A stretch of 63,756 bases of DNA, filler included, from Octopus bimaculoides (lineage: Eukaryota): assembly GCF_001194135.2 (NCBI RefSeq). It is 8 parts of 8 records of this genome, joined end to end, with 100 filler letters (N's around TTAATTAATTAA, not from the genome) between each part and the next. Parts side by side here need not be neighbours in the genome. Positions count along the whole stretch, not along the records: positions 47,183 to 53,632 come from NC_068992.1; positions 53,733 to 57,947 come from NC_069002.1; positions 58,048 to 62,466 come from NC_069003.1; positions 62,567 to 63,756 come from NC_069007.1; 4 more parts are not named here. One strand, written 5' to 3'. The translations under genes were made by a program, and so were the position numbers. The notes under the pieces were generated by a model. That model was not told the DNA's origin and did no database searches. It saw only the letters and a program-made list of their open reading frames with translations. The number at the start of each line of letters is the position of its first letter. Position 1 is the first letter of the stretch. Below, one piece after another: positions 51,918 through 63,756 of this stretch.

Positions 51918-52821
51918 GAAACGTTGATGAGGACAAATATCTGTCAAATGTTAATAATGTAAATAATGTATGAAATATTTACTTAGATGTTTCTCACATG
52001 AAATGCAATTTTCATCATGTAACCCGTCGACATTAGATTTACATCACTAAGTGAGTCGTTACCTAATCTGTACGTTTATTCTCCTGCATGTATGGTTAAA
52101 TAAACTATGAGCGTTAAAGAAAACTATTCACGTTTTAAATCCTAGAACGAACATAGAACGAAACCAAAATGAAATGGTAGTCGTTATATTCCTGTATATT
52201 GAATGGTAAAACCTGCATATCAACAGAGACGGAGAAATAAAATAGAAGTCGTTCTGTTTCGTGAATAATGTTATAACTTTGGTTTGCTTTTATTCTTTGT
52301 TTTTCAACGTATGTCTATATATACAGACAGAAGAAATGTAGTTCGCTGAGTTAATCTTCCATTAGAAATATTTCAATGTGTGTTTGGAAAGGATTGCTGT
52401 GTGTTATTCAGCAATGAAGATTGTGGTTGCAGAGCTAGAAAATTGGTATTTACATATATCATTTGATTGGGAGATCAAATACGCAAACTAAAGGCAAAGC
52501 CACATAACGAGATCAATATGTCAAAAGAATATGTCCGCTTCAGATAATATTCGCAATTTTCCTTCGAGAATTCAGAAATATTCTGCCAACCAACTGGACT
52601 GTTATTGGCTAATCAACTATCATAATATCTTTCTTACAATACACACAATACTCATATAAGTATTTAAAGTGATATCGGCATTTTAATATTAAACCGACAC
52701 CTGCATTCTGGGCTCGTTCATCTCAGCAGCAGAAAAATGTATTCACACTTTGTAATGGCTGCCATATTGTAAACATATTGCCAGTGTCTCTTGACTGGGG
52801 AATAAATCTTTGTGTAAAGTG

Positions 52822-52909
<88 letters not shown>

Positions 52910-52935
52910 TTACTACTACTACTACTACTACTACT
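52822..52935. repeat. (ACT)n microsatellite
   Basis: Direct reading. Confidence 0.97.
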
Positions 52936-53732
52936 AAACACGTTGTCGGGTACTCCGACAGCTGCAACAATAAAAGTTCAGTTTTTTTTTTCTCCCTCAA
53001 ATAAAATGTTTATCCTTAAAGAAACGTGTGACAGAGTCTCCGACAGCCGTATATACAGCTGTTGTAATTCACCAGAAGAACTAGCAGAGCATAATGGTAT
53101 ATGACAAGGCCGGAACTTCGAATTGTCTGACCGGATTTCACGTAGTATACGACTATTTAATTTTCATTCACAAGGCTTTTTGACACACAGACACACACAC
53201 ACGTCAGCATATCCAGAAGCATACAGAAGTATCCGCAAGCGAATGCAACCTGGTAGTTTGTAACACGTTGTTTCTCATTGTTTAAGCGCTTAGGAAGTCA
53301 CGAGCATAAATCGACTGCCTCTTGGCCATTGTGCCTTTAAACCAGTAAAAACACCGAGAGTGAATCAGATGGAGAGTGAACCAGGCACTTTCACTTGTAC
53401 TAAATTGTAGTTGAGTAGGTTGGAATATAATGACATGATGTACCTTGCTCAAGGTCATAACGCGGAACTATAAGTATGCGAGTGTGTATAATTCTGTATA
53501 AGGCCCCACGGTTTGGTGATTATAGTGTTCAGCTCACATTTATAAGATCATGGGTTCGATTCTTGAACTGGGTTGCGCGTTATGACCTTGAGCAAGGCAC
53601 ATCATCTCATTATATTCCAACCTGTATATATANNNNNNNNNNNNNNNNNNNNNNNNNNNNNNNNNNNNNNNNNNNNTTAATTAATTAANNNNNNNNNNNN
53701 NNNNNNNNNNNNNNNNNNNNNNNNNNNNNNNN

Positions 53733-53847
53733 TCCAGTTGATTTTCCACCGTGCGATCCAGTTGATTTTCCACCGTGCGATCCAGTTGATTTTCCACCGT
53801 GCGATCCAGTTGATTTTCCACCGTGCGATCCAGTTGATTTTCCACCG
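53733..53847. repeat. 24-bp minisatellite (tccagttgattttccaccgtgcga), 4 copies plus a partial, truncated by a gap
   Basis: Perfect tandem units with no spacers. Confidence 0.92.
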
Positions 53848-54459
53848 AGTCTGCGCTTCAGCATTTCATAAGAAAATGGATTTGATTTCGCATTTAACGT
53901 AATATTTTCACTAGAACCCTTACATATGCCGCCGACAAAATGAAAGACCCACCGCCTGTATGTGTTTTTATAACACTGCAGTAATTTCTTAAACAATATA
54001 AGAGAATTTTAAGCAAAATGAAGATGTAATGATATAAAACCAGCAGGATTTTGCTTCTAATATGAATAGAGAAGTCCTTGAACTGTGTATAAAATCTGAT
54101 GGATTGTTATTCGTGTTTGAGACGTGTTTATTTGAGACCCTTCAGTTTTGATAACTCTAAATTTATGTTTGGCAAAGCAAAACACTTTTCTTTTTACTCA
54201 GCAGGATTGCTACCGGTGTACAAAACCATAGTTGAAATAAGAAGAATCGAACTGAACATTTCTTTCAATTTTCCTTTTAAAATGAGAATGGAAGCCCTGC
54301 TACGTTAAAATTCAGCTTTAGAAATTTATAGATTATTTTAATTAAAATACATACATGCATACATACAGGCGTAGATGCATATATACATGCGTACATATTA
54401 CATGCACATACATATAGACAGATGTACATGCACAGACAGACGCTCACATACAGGAGGCA

Positions 54460-54511
<52 letters not shown>

Positions 54512-55929
54512 CCGACAAACACATCATTTAGATATATTTGGATCTATACACACACTTANNNNNNNNNNNNNNNNNNNNNNNNNNNNNNNNNNNNNNNNNN
54601 NNNNNNNNNNNNNNNNNNNNNNNNNNNNNNNNNNNNNNNNNNNNNNNNNNNNNNNNNNNNNNNNNNNNNNNNNNNNNNNNNNNNNNNNNNNNNNNNNNNN
54701 NNNNNNNNNNNNNNNNNNNNNNNNNNNNNNNNNNNNNNNNNNNNNNNNNNNNNNNNNNNNNNNNNNNNNNNNNNNNNNNNNNNNNNNNNNNNNNNNNNNN
54801 NNNNNNNNNNNNNNNNNNNNNNNNNNNNNNNNNNNNNNNNNNNNNNNNNNNNNNNNNNNNNNNNNNNNNNNNNNNNNNNNNNNNNNNNNNNNNNNNNNNN
54901 NNNNNNNNNNNNNNNNNNNNNNNNNNNNNNNNNNNNNNNNNNNNNNNNNNNNNNNNNNNNNNNNNNNNNNNNNNNNNNNNATATATATATATATATATGT
55001 GTGTGTATGTATGCATATGTGTGTGTGTCTATGTGTGCGTGTGTGTATAAGTGAGATTATTGTATGGAGAGAATATTATTGCTTACGTAATGTTCGAGTA
55101 GGAGACTGCATGAAATATGAATTTTGCTGTTTAATTTGCTGCAACATGTGTCTCCTCTGACAGTTATATATGTAACTCTCCGCACACAGAATTAGTATAC
55201 GAGAATTTAGGAGCATCTATAAGCCAGTAGCAATGGGGTGATGGAGGCGAAATGCACGAAATTCTTTGCTTATAGAACAAAGACAACTATCTGACATGAC
55301 AGGTTCAATCTATATAAACTGCCAGTCGGTCTCGAGGTCAGGGTAAGCTTTATATGACGTAATGACACGACGTGGTTTGAAGTTTGGTATCACGCATGCA
55401 TAACGGCTTCTAGAATGTTCTGAAACGGTTATATGGTGACAGAGAATTGATAGAGTTGAAATATGTGGTGTTCTTGATTGGAGATGAAATGGAACCAGCT
55501 GCCATAAAAAGTTATATATATATATTTCAACGGTTAAAATCTAAAGTCAGTCTCTGATTTATTAGAATTATAATCATGAAAGAATATTTTAATTATGTTA
55601 TACGAAGTAATTTGCTTTGCCTTCTTTTTCTGTCCTGAGATCGCCGTCAAGGATGCCTGACCATGCTAGAAACATTGGTTTAAGTCACAGAGATTTGAAG
55701 TTATAGCACCGACAACCTCTTAAATCGATATGCGTCACAGGGTTTGTATAACTCACTTAAATGAACTAAAGTTTTGCACCGGTTCATTCACAGCCGTCTA
55801 CCATAATATATATATATATATATATATATACACGCACATATGGCCCCAAAATATAGAAGAAAACACAAAGAAAAGAGAAAGAACAGCAAACATAGTGTAT
55901 TAGTTTAACGCCCAGGAAAATGGGCGAAG

Positions 55930-55967
55930 TCTGTAACGTTTCGAGCCAACGACCTTCTTCAGAGAAA
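55930..55967 (-). ncRNA. Minimal hammerhead-like motif with weakened stems
   Basis: tttct-CTGAAGA-A-GGTC-gttg-GCTC-GAAAC-GTT^ACAGA. Confidence 0.5.
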
Positions 55968-56442
55968 AACTGGGGAGAGAAAAATAACTTCTCAGAATCA
56001 ACGGTTACTACAAGTCGGACTAAAGAAAGGAGAAGGAATTGAAACGAATAGATTCAAACTGGAAGGTTCAAACTCGTGAGCGTATATTAACAAGTATGGT
56101 TCAAAAATATATTGAAGAAATCCAAACACAAGGGAAAGAACGACAAACGAGGTGTATTAATGTAAAAAGCTACCAGACTTCTATGTTTTTCTGAGCGTGA
56201 AACTAATACAATCTGTTTGTGGTCCTCTCACTTATATTAGGGATTTTTTCGTTTGTTTTGGGACCGTATGTGATACACACCCACGTGATCACATTAAGTA
56301 GCATGAATCTAATGAAAACCAAAAATTAATGCTACTCTCGAGACCAGGTGCAGAGCTTGAGATCATCTGATCTATGGCCGCTGTTACATCTGTTTGTGCG
56401 ATGTTTATTTTTCGTTCACTCCCTGTTTATTTTCTCTTATTC

Positions 56443-56478
56443 TTTTCTGTTGAAGAGCGTAGGCTCGAAACTTAAAGA
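56443..56478 (+). ncRNA. Degenerate minimal hammerhead-like motif (CTGTTGA core, G16.2 missing)
   Basis: tttt-CTGTTGA-A-GAGC-gtag-GCTC-GAAAC-TT-AAAGA; inverted homolog of 55930-55967. Confidence 0.45.
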
Positions 56479-56777
56479 TTTTCTCATTTTTCCGAGGCTC
56501 AAATTAATATACATGCCTGTTGTTCATACACCAGTCTTCGTCTTTTATTATTCTATAAATTTCACGCATATATATTATTATTATTATTATTATTATTATA
56601 ATAATAATATATATATATATATTTGTATGTATGTATATGTATATGTGCAATATGGTGCAAGCATAAACTTACAGTAAACTTTATACTTTTCTACAAGCAT
56701 TGAATATTTACATACATATATGTTTGTATGTCTTTCACTCTCCCCCGCTTATGTCTGCCTGTCTGTTTCTGTCTCTG

Positions 56778-56863
<86 letters not shown>

Positions 56864-57316
56864 TAGATATAGATATATATATATATTATAGATATATATN
56901 NNNNNNNNNNNNNNNNNNNNNNNNNNNNNNNNNNNNNNNNNNNNNNNNNNNNNNNNNNNNNNNNNNNNNNNNNNNNNNNNNNNNNNNNNNNNNNNNNNNN
57001 NNNNNNNNNNNNNNNNNNNNNNNNNNNNNNNNNNNNNNNNNNNNNNNNNNNNNNNNNNNNNNNNNNNNNNNNNNNNNNNNNNNNNNNNNNNNNNNNNNNN
57101 NNNNNNNNNNNNNNNNNNNNNNNNNNNNNNNNNNNNNNNNNNNNNNNNNNNNNNNNNNNNNNNNNNNNNNNNNNNNNNNNNNNNNNNNNNNNNNNNNNNN
57201 NNNNNNNNNNNNNNNNNNNNNNNNNNNNNNNNNNNNNNNNNNNNNNNNNNNNNNNNNNNNNNNNNNNNNNNNNNNNNNNNNNNNNNNNNNNNNNNNNNNN
57301 NNNNNNNNNNNNNNNN

Positions 57317-57369
<53 letters not shown>

Positions 57370-58549
57370 CACACAAATATATACGGACACACACACAGCA
57401 CATACATATACATACATACATACATGTTTCAATACATATATTATTTACATATTTATCAGATGCCTAAGCTTCCGTCTGTTGCTAGCAAGGGATTGCAGAA
57501 ATAAATAAAATAAATATAAAAGACGAAACTTTATTACATATACTACACATAAAACGTATTCATTCGCCATTTCGATTTATCATTCCATCAAGCAATGTGA
57601 GTTCCTCGGTTAAAGTTGACATCATCAGATGCTTTAGTAATTTGTAAGCCACCGGGGCAGAATTTAGAGCTATACTTGTGTGTGCCGGGAATATTATGAA
57701 GTTATAAAGCGTAGCCATCGTATAACGGCGACATTAATGCTTAATAATGTCTTGTATTGATTCCTGTATTCGAAGCCATCCGCGGCATTGATTTTCACAA
57801 TGAATCAATATTACATATTACACATAGTCGTTGACATATATGTATGTGTGTATGCATGTGTGTATGTATGTATGTATGTATGTATGTATGTATGTATGTA
57901 TGTATGTGTGCATATATACGTATGTTTATATATATATATATATATATNNNNNNNNNNNNNNNNNNNNNNNNNNNNNNNNNNNNNNNNNNNNTTAATTAAT
58001 TAANNNNNNNNNNNNNNNNNNNNNNNNNNNNNNNNNNNNNNNNNNNNTAAAATAAATTCATTTTTCATAAATACAAAGACACACACACACACACACACGT
58101 ACGTACGTACGTATGTATGTATGTATGTATGTATGTATGTATGTATGTACGTATGTATTTATATATGTATGAATAGGTGCGTACATATAACGGGCTTCCA
58201 CTATTTACTCAAATTAACTCTTAATGCATTAGTAATCGGCCAGGGACTATACTAAAAGAACCTTGCCCAAGGTGCCACACAATGGGACTGAACCCAAAAC
58301 CTCGTTGCAAAGCAAGCTTCTGAAACACATATCTATGCATGTTCCTATTGCACGACTTCCTTTTTCCCAGAATTGAAAAAAAAAAAAAAAAGAACGAGGC
58401 ATTTATAGACAGCACAAATAATTCCAACAAGACCACCCAGATCGCAAAAACTTCTACGTACACTATTAAAGAAATTTATACCGACCATGTCATTTCCCAG
58501 TGTGATATTGTATCATAACTCTGCTCGATGGCCTAACCATTTCGGTTTG

Positions 58550-58760
58550 TGATTAGTTCCTTTGGGGGCTGCGTCAAAGGGTAAAGTCTTTGTCAAGGAA
58601 TCGCACACACTGATTGAACTAAAAGCTGTTATTCGTCTAGAAATTGCGGCGTTATCTCAGGACGTGACGCTACACGTCATGCCGAACTACCCGACTAATA
58701 CTACAAGGGTGAGTGTGAGGAAATAGGACGTTTTGGGGATGACGTTACTTTCGAGGCCAA
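58550..58760 (+). mobile_element. Tc1/mariner-superfamily (maT/rosa-like) transposase C-terminal fragment
   Basis: FGGCVKGKVFVKESHTLIELKAVIRLEIAALSQDV resembles the FLWGYLKxKVY..PxTLxELKxxIxxEI motif. Confidence 0.5.
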
Positions 58761-58852
58761 ATGGACAGCTTCTTATGTCTTACAGATACGTTTATAAATG
58801 TTATGTCTTATTGTGAGGATTTAAAGAATAAAGGTGGCTAATAATTATTATT

Positions 58853-58905
<53 letters not shown>

Positions 58906-59021
58906 GCACACACATATACACATGCAAACACACGCACCCACACACATACAGAATCTCACATATACACACAGACACACACAGACTCACACACACATATTCA
59001 AATCAGATATCCCTGCCGCAC

Positions 59022-59093
<72 letters not shown>

Positions 59094-60149
59094 CCTATCT
59101 ATCCGGCTATCTGTCTGTCTATTTGTCTGACTGTTTGATTGTCTGTCTATCTATGTTTCTATTTATCTCTATAGGCATATATACACAAACAGATACGCAC
59201 ACATACATACACGTGCGCGCACACACACAAATAAATTAATAGATAGATAGTTATATAGACAGACAGACAGACAGATAGATAGACAGACAGACAGAAAGAG
59301 AGATAGACAGTCAGATAGACAGAAAGATAGACAGACAGACNNNNNNNNNNNNNNNNNNNNNNNNNNNNNNNNNNNNNNNNNNNNNNNNNNNNNNNNNNNN
59401 NNNNNNNNNNNNNNNNNNNNNNNNNNNNNNNNNNNNNNNNNNNNNNNNNNNNNNNNNNNNNNNNNNNNNNNNNNNNNNNNNNNNNNNNNNNNNNNNNNNN
59501 NNNNNNNNNNNNNNNNNNNNNNNNNNNNNNNNNNNNNNNNNNNNNNNNNNNNNNNNNNNNNNNNNNNNNNNNNNNNNNNNNNNNNNNNNNNNNNNNNNNN
59601 NNNNNNNNNNNNNNNNNNNNNNNNNNNNNNNNNNNNNNNNNNNNNNNNNNNNNNNNNNNNNNNNNNNNNNNNNNNNNNNNNNNNNNNNNNNNNNNNNNNN
59701 NNNNNNNNNNNNNNNNNNNNNNNNNNNNNNNNNNNNNNNNNNNNNNNNNNNNNNNNNNNNNNNNNNNNNNNNNNNNNNNNNNNNNNNNNNNNNNNNNNNN
59801 NNNNNNNNNNNNNNNNNNNNNNNNNNNNNNNNNNNNNNNNNNNNNNNNNNNNNNNNNNNNNNNNNNNNNNNNNNNNNNNNNNNNNNNNNNNNNNNNNNNN
59901 NNNNNNNNNNNNNNNNNNNNNNNNNNNNNNNNNNNNNNNNNNNNNNNNNNNNNNNNNNNNNNNNNNNNNNNNNNNNNNNNNNNNNNNNNNNNNNNNNNNN
60001 NNNNNNNNNNNNNNNNNNNNNNNNNNNNNNNNNNNNNNNNNNNNNNNATTTCCACTTATTTTTCTTTTTATCTTTTAAATTTTTGTTTTATTTGTATTTT
60101 TTTAATTTCTTTTATTTTTTTTTAGAGTGTTTTGGAAATTCCTTGATAC

Positions 60150-60725
60150 AGTTATAATATTTGGAGAGAAGATTTTTTTCTCAAAGAGTTAAGATTGAGA
60201 AAGGAACCTTCTTAGAAAGTCGAAAGACACTAACCTTTGGGAAAAGATTTCACAAAATGTGTGTAGGCTTTGCTTTTATAGATGTGCAAGCGCTTTTAGT
60301 TCTTAACGTTTTCAAGCACGCGTTGTTATATATAGTGGAAGTTATTTTCAGTAAAATTGTTGTTGACTATTTCCGGTTTAGTTTCGGACTCAGAAATCTT
60401 ATGAAATATTCTTCTTTTGCCTTTCGGAGAAGGTCGTTCTCTTCATTTATTTTATGAATATTGAAAATTGTAAATTTTCCTGTGCACAGTTATCCAAATA
60501 ATTGCTACATGGTATACATATAAGTGTAGGATGTTTTATTTGATGTCTATGCACATTTATCCAAATGATCGCTACATGGTATACGTCTAAATGTGGGATG
60601 TTTTATATGATGTCTATTTACACGCTTGGTTAGTTTCGTTGCATCGTGGGCATGTGGTACAATATATCAGGTTTTTGCTTTTGCAGTTCATATTTTCATT
60701 CACCTTTAATTCTTTTCCATTCTTG
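60150..60725 (-). mobile_element. Penelope-like element 3' region with GIY-YIG remnant and a 65-bp internal tandem duplication
   Basis: VNENMNCKSKNLIYCTTCPRCNE...HHIKHPTFRRIPCSDHLD...ENDLLRKAKEEYFIRFLSPKLN. Confidence 0.8.
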
Positions 60726-60769
60726 AAATTTTTTTAGCTGGCCCCTCTTCTATTAAATCACATGTTCCA

Positions 60770-60968
60770 AAACGAAACTAACCAACCGTGTAAATGTGCA
60801 CAGACATCAAATAAAACATCCCGCACTTAGATGTATACTATGTAGCAATCATTTGGATAACTATGCACAAGGAAAATTTACAATTTTCAATATTCATAAA
60901 ATAAATGAAGAGAACGACCTTCTCCGGAAGGCAAAAGAAGAATATTTTATAAAATTTCTGAGTCCGGA
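60770..60968 (+). mobile_element. Inverted second copy of the Penelope GIY-YIG C-terminus
   Basis: HRHQIKHPALRCILCSNHLDNYAQGKFTIFNIHKINEENDLLRKAKEEYFIKFLSPE; reverse complement of about 60380-60635. Confidence 0.8.
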
Positions 60969-61700
60969 ACCATGTGGTTGGTAAGCAAGCTACTTACCAC
61001 ACAGCCACTCCTACGCCTATATATANNNNNNNNNNNNNNNNNNNNNNNNNNNNNNNNNNNNNNNNNNNNNNNNNNNNNNNNNNNNNNNNNNNNNNNNNNN
61101 NNNNNNNNNNNNNNNNNNNNNNNNNNNNNNNNNNNNNNNNNNNNNNNNNNNNNNNNNNNNNNNNNNNNNNNNNNNNNNNNNNNNNNNNNNNNNNNNNNNN
61201 NNNNNNNNNNNNNNNNNNNNNNNNNNNNNNNNNNNNNNNNNNNNNNNNNNNNNNNNNNNNNNNNNNNNNNNNNNNNNNNNNNNNNNNNNNNNNNNNNNNN
61301 NNNNNNNNNNNNNNNNNNNNNNNNNNNNNNNNNNNNNNNNNNNNNNNNNNNNNNNNNNNNNNNNNNNNNNNNNNNNNNNNNNNNNNNNNNNNNNNNNNNN
61401 NNNNNNNNNNNNNNNNNNNNNNNNNNNNNNNNNNNNNNNNNNNNNNNNNNNNNNNNNNNNNNNNNNNNNNNNNNNNNNNNNNNNNNNNNNNNNNNNNNNN
61501 NNNNNNNNNNNNNNNNNNNNNNNNNNNNNNNNNNNNNNNNNNNNNNNNNNNNNNNNNNNNNNNNNNNNNNNNNNNNNNNNNNNNNNNNNNNNNNNNNNNN
61601 NNNNNNNNNNNNNNNNNNNNNNNNNNNNNNNNNNNNNNNNNNNNNNNNNNNNNNNNNNNNNNNNNNNNNNNNNNNNNNNNNNNNNNNNNNNNNNNNNNNN

Positions 61701-61753
<53 letters not shown>

Positions 61754-62434
61754 AATATATATATATATATAGTTATGTGGTTTAGTACTTAACCCTAAGT
61801 CGGGGTTTTCATGCCAAGAATGAGAGGAACGTGGTAATTTGCATTTTACAAATCCGGTGTGTTTGTGGAACAGTGAAAATATGTGAGATTTTTCTGAAAT
61901 TCATTATGTAATTCAATACATTTGTTGTTCTTTAAATTCCAGTGACAGAAATCTGTTTCTTTTGTTGTATTTTTTTTATTTCATTGTATTTTATTTATTT
62001 GTTTAAAAACAAATTATTTTTCTTTGAAGGAAAATAGCAGCAAATTTAAAAGAAAATAATAGAACAGTCGCATATATATAAATATATACTCACACGCGTG
62101 CACACATACATTTACACACACAGAGACCTATATATATATATACATACACATAAATATATATATATATATACATACATATATACATATATACATACACACA
62201 CACATATGTAACTTCTCTGGAAGCATTTATACAGATATTAGTACATATACACACATATGCACACACACACACATATATATATATGTACACATACATATAC
62301 TCACAAATACACGTACACACGTACACACGCACACGTGCATGTTATGTTATATTATGTATTACAATATATACACATGCACACACACACACACACACACACG
62401 CACACACAAGCACACACGCACGCGCAACAGATCC

Positions 62435-62466
<32 letters not shown>

Positions 62467-62756
62467 NNNNNNNNNNNNNNNNNNNNNNNNNNNNNNNNNN
62501 NNNNNNNNNNTTAATTAATTAANNNNNNNNNNNNNNNNNNNNNNNNNNNNNNNNNNNNNNNNNNNNAATAATAACAACAACAACAACAACAACATACAGA
62601 AAATTGCACTACTGGGTACTGCACACATTCTACGCAAAACACTTTCAATACAGTAAACATAAGAGCACCACAGCAAACCACAGCACATACCCAAGGTGCA
62701 CAGAGCTGCGCTCGGTAGTGAAGTGAAAGCACGTTATAAAAATAAAACTACTGAAC

Positions 62757-62793
<37 letters not shown>

Positions 62794-62964
62794 TATATAT
62801 ATATATATTATTTTAATGAGTTCCAACTCTGTCTGTTTTTTATGTTTTATTTATATTCTTATAAAATTAATGTGGGATATGGAATATATAATATAAATAG
62901 TAAAATGAAATGAAGTATTGAATGTCTCATTGAATATATGAAATATTGAGTATTAAATATATAA

Positions 62965-63006
62965 GGACTAGTATACTTTCCTGCCTCATGGCATTCATCA
63001 AGGTCC
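62965..63006 (-). ncRNA. Minimal hammerhead-like motif with one extra U in the core
   Basis: GGAC-CTTGATGA-A-TGCC-atga-GGCA-G-GAAAG-TATA-CTA^GTCC; perfect stem I; palindromic stem III AGTATACT. Confidence 0.6.
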
Positions 63007-63499
63007 CGTTATGTCCCTCTTCCACGAGTTGAGTTTGAAACCATGTTCTAATTGTTCAGGACAGTGGTATTTCCTTTGTCCTGTCAACGAGCATGGCTAT
63101 TTATGGCCGTAGGAATGTGATCTCTGACCCTTTCTGGTCATCGAAAGTTTAAAGGCAGATAGAAACTGTACCCAGCTTTGGAGGGGGGAACACAGCACTG
63201 TTAGATATGGTATGTCTATCTTTCTGGCTGATGACCTGTCATAAATACAGGAGCGTGGATTTGGAAGCGCAGTCAGTGTAAAGGCGTTCAGTTGGTAAAG
63301 AGCCTTGAGTGACGTCAGTCAGTGAAGAGAAGCCAGATGGACAGAGTAGTCGGTGATAGAGACTGAGAGAGAGAGGCTATTGACAGAAGGTACCAATCAT
63401 CGAAATGGATAGAGTCAGTGAGAGAGAGGGACAGACAGAGGGAACTGTAGTGGCAAAATGATGTAGTGGCAGATTGTAGTGGGAGACTGCGTTGGTCAG

Positions 63500-63756
63500 T
63501 TCTGCGCCGTGAGGACCAAAGACTCGAGGTATTTCGTGTTGCAAGACAGTGTAGGAGAGAGAATAGTGATGTTGTAGGAGAGAAATGTGTTCGCATGGAT
63601 GATGGTACGCTTGCACTAAATGAGGCTGCAAAGAAAGAGGTCTGGAGATGTCACTACGATAGATTGCTTAATAAAGAGAATGAATGGGAGAAAGAGAGCC
63701 TGCCGTATGTCGACCCAACAGAGGGACCAGCTATCCGAGTTGACAGTACAAGGGTA
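63500..63756 (+). mobile_element. RTE-clade LINE ORF2 fragment between the endonuclease and RT regions, open to the window end
   Basis: REDQRLEVFRVARQCRRENSDVVGEKCVRMDDGTLALNEAAKKEVWRCHYDRLLNKENEWEKESLPYVDPTEGPAIRVD; homolog of about 16690-16900 minus. Confidence 0.8.

Noticed and set aside
53733-53847. CRISPR-like array
   Set aside because: Tandem units with no spacers, eukaryotic context, no cas genes
57590-57640. Minus-strand CTGATGATGTC...GAGGAAC
   Set aside because: GAAA and the cleavage triplet are absent; too degenerate to call
1247-61792. Long ORFs made of X or YIYI/CVCV/THTH repeats
   Set aside because: They are produced by N gaps and microsatellites, not coding sequence
9560-62522. 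Recurrent TTAATTAATTAA palindrome as a biological motif
   Set aside because: Always embedded in N runs; an assembly spacer
63226-63260. CTGATGA-CCTGT/ACAGG stem
   Set aside because: No GAAA after the stem, and no stems I or III

Overview
AT-rich, gap-ridden eukaryotic draft-assembly DNA, dominated by microsatellites and decayed transposons. The repeat landscape suggests an octopus/cephalopod genome; this is an inference and no search was run. No complete protein-coding gene is recognisable, and most ORF-track entries are microsatellite or N artefacts. Supported content: a Helitron deletion derivative with PIF1-helicase remnants and an intact 3' hairpin+CTAG; a Tc1 element with about 210-bp TIRs carrying nested hAT-MITE, solo-LTR and SINE insertions; mariner-type fragments; RTE, R4/Dong, Tx1/L1 and CRE-like LINE fragments; Penelope GIY-YIG fragments; and many tRNA-derived SINEs. 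The main hunt result is at least five or six hammerhead-ribozyme-like motifs (CUGANGA...GAAA core, palindromic stem III) in several different non-autonomous repeats. One lies downstream of an intact Pol III tRNA-type head, giving a retrozyme-like SINE. Other results: a roughly 31-kb CpG-depleted domain (about 15.9-47 kb) that looks like a methylated gene body with weak minus-strand exon candidates, a roughly 790-bp foldback palindrome, and repeated local inverted duplications. All structures were folded by eye, so activity and novelty are untested.
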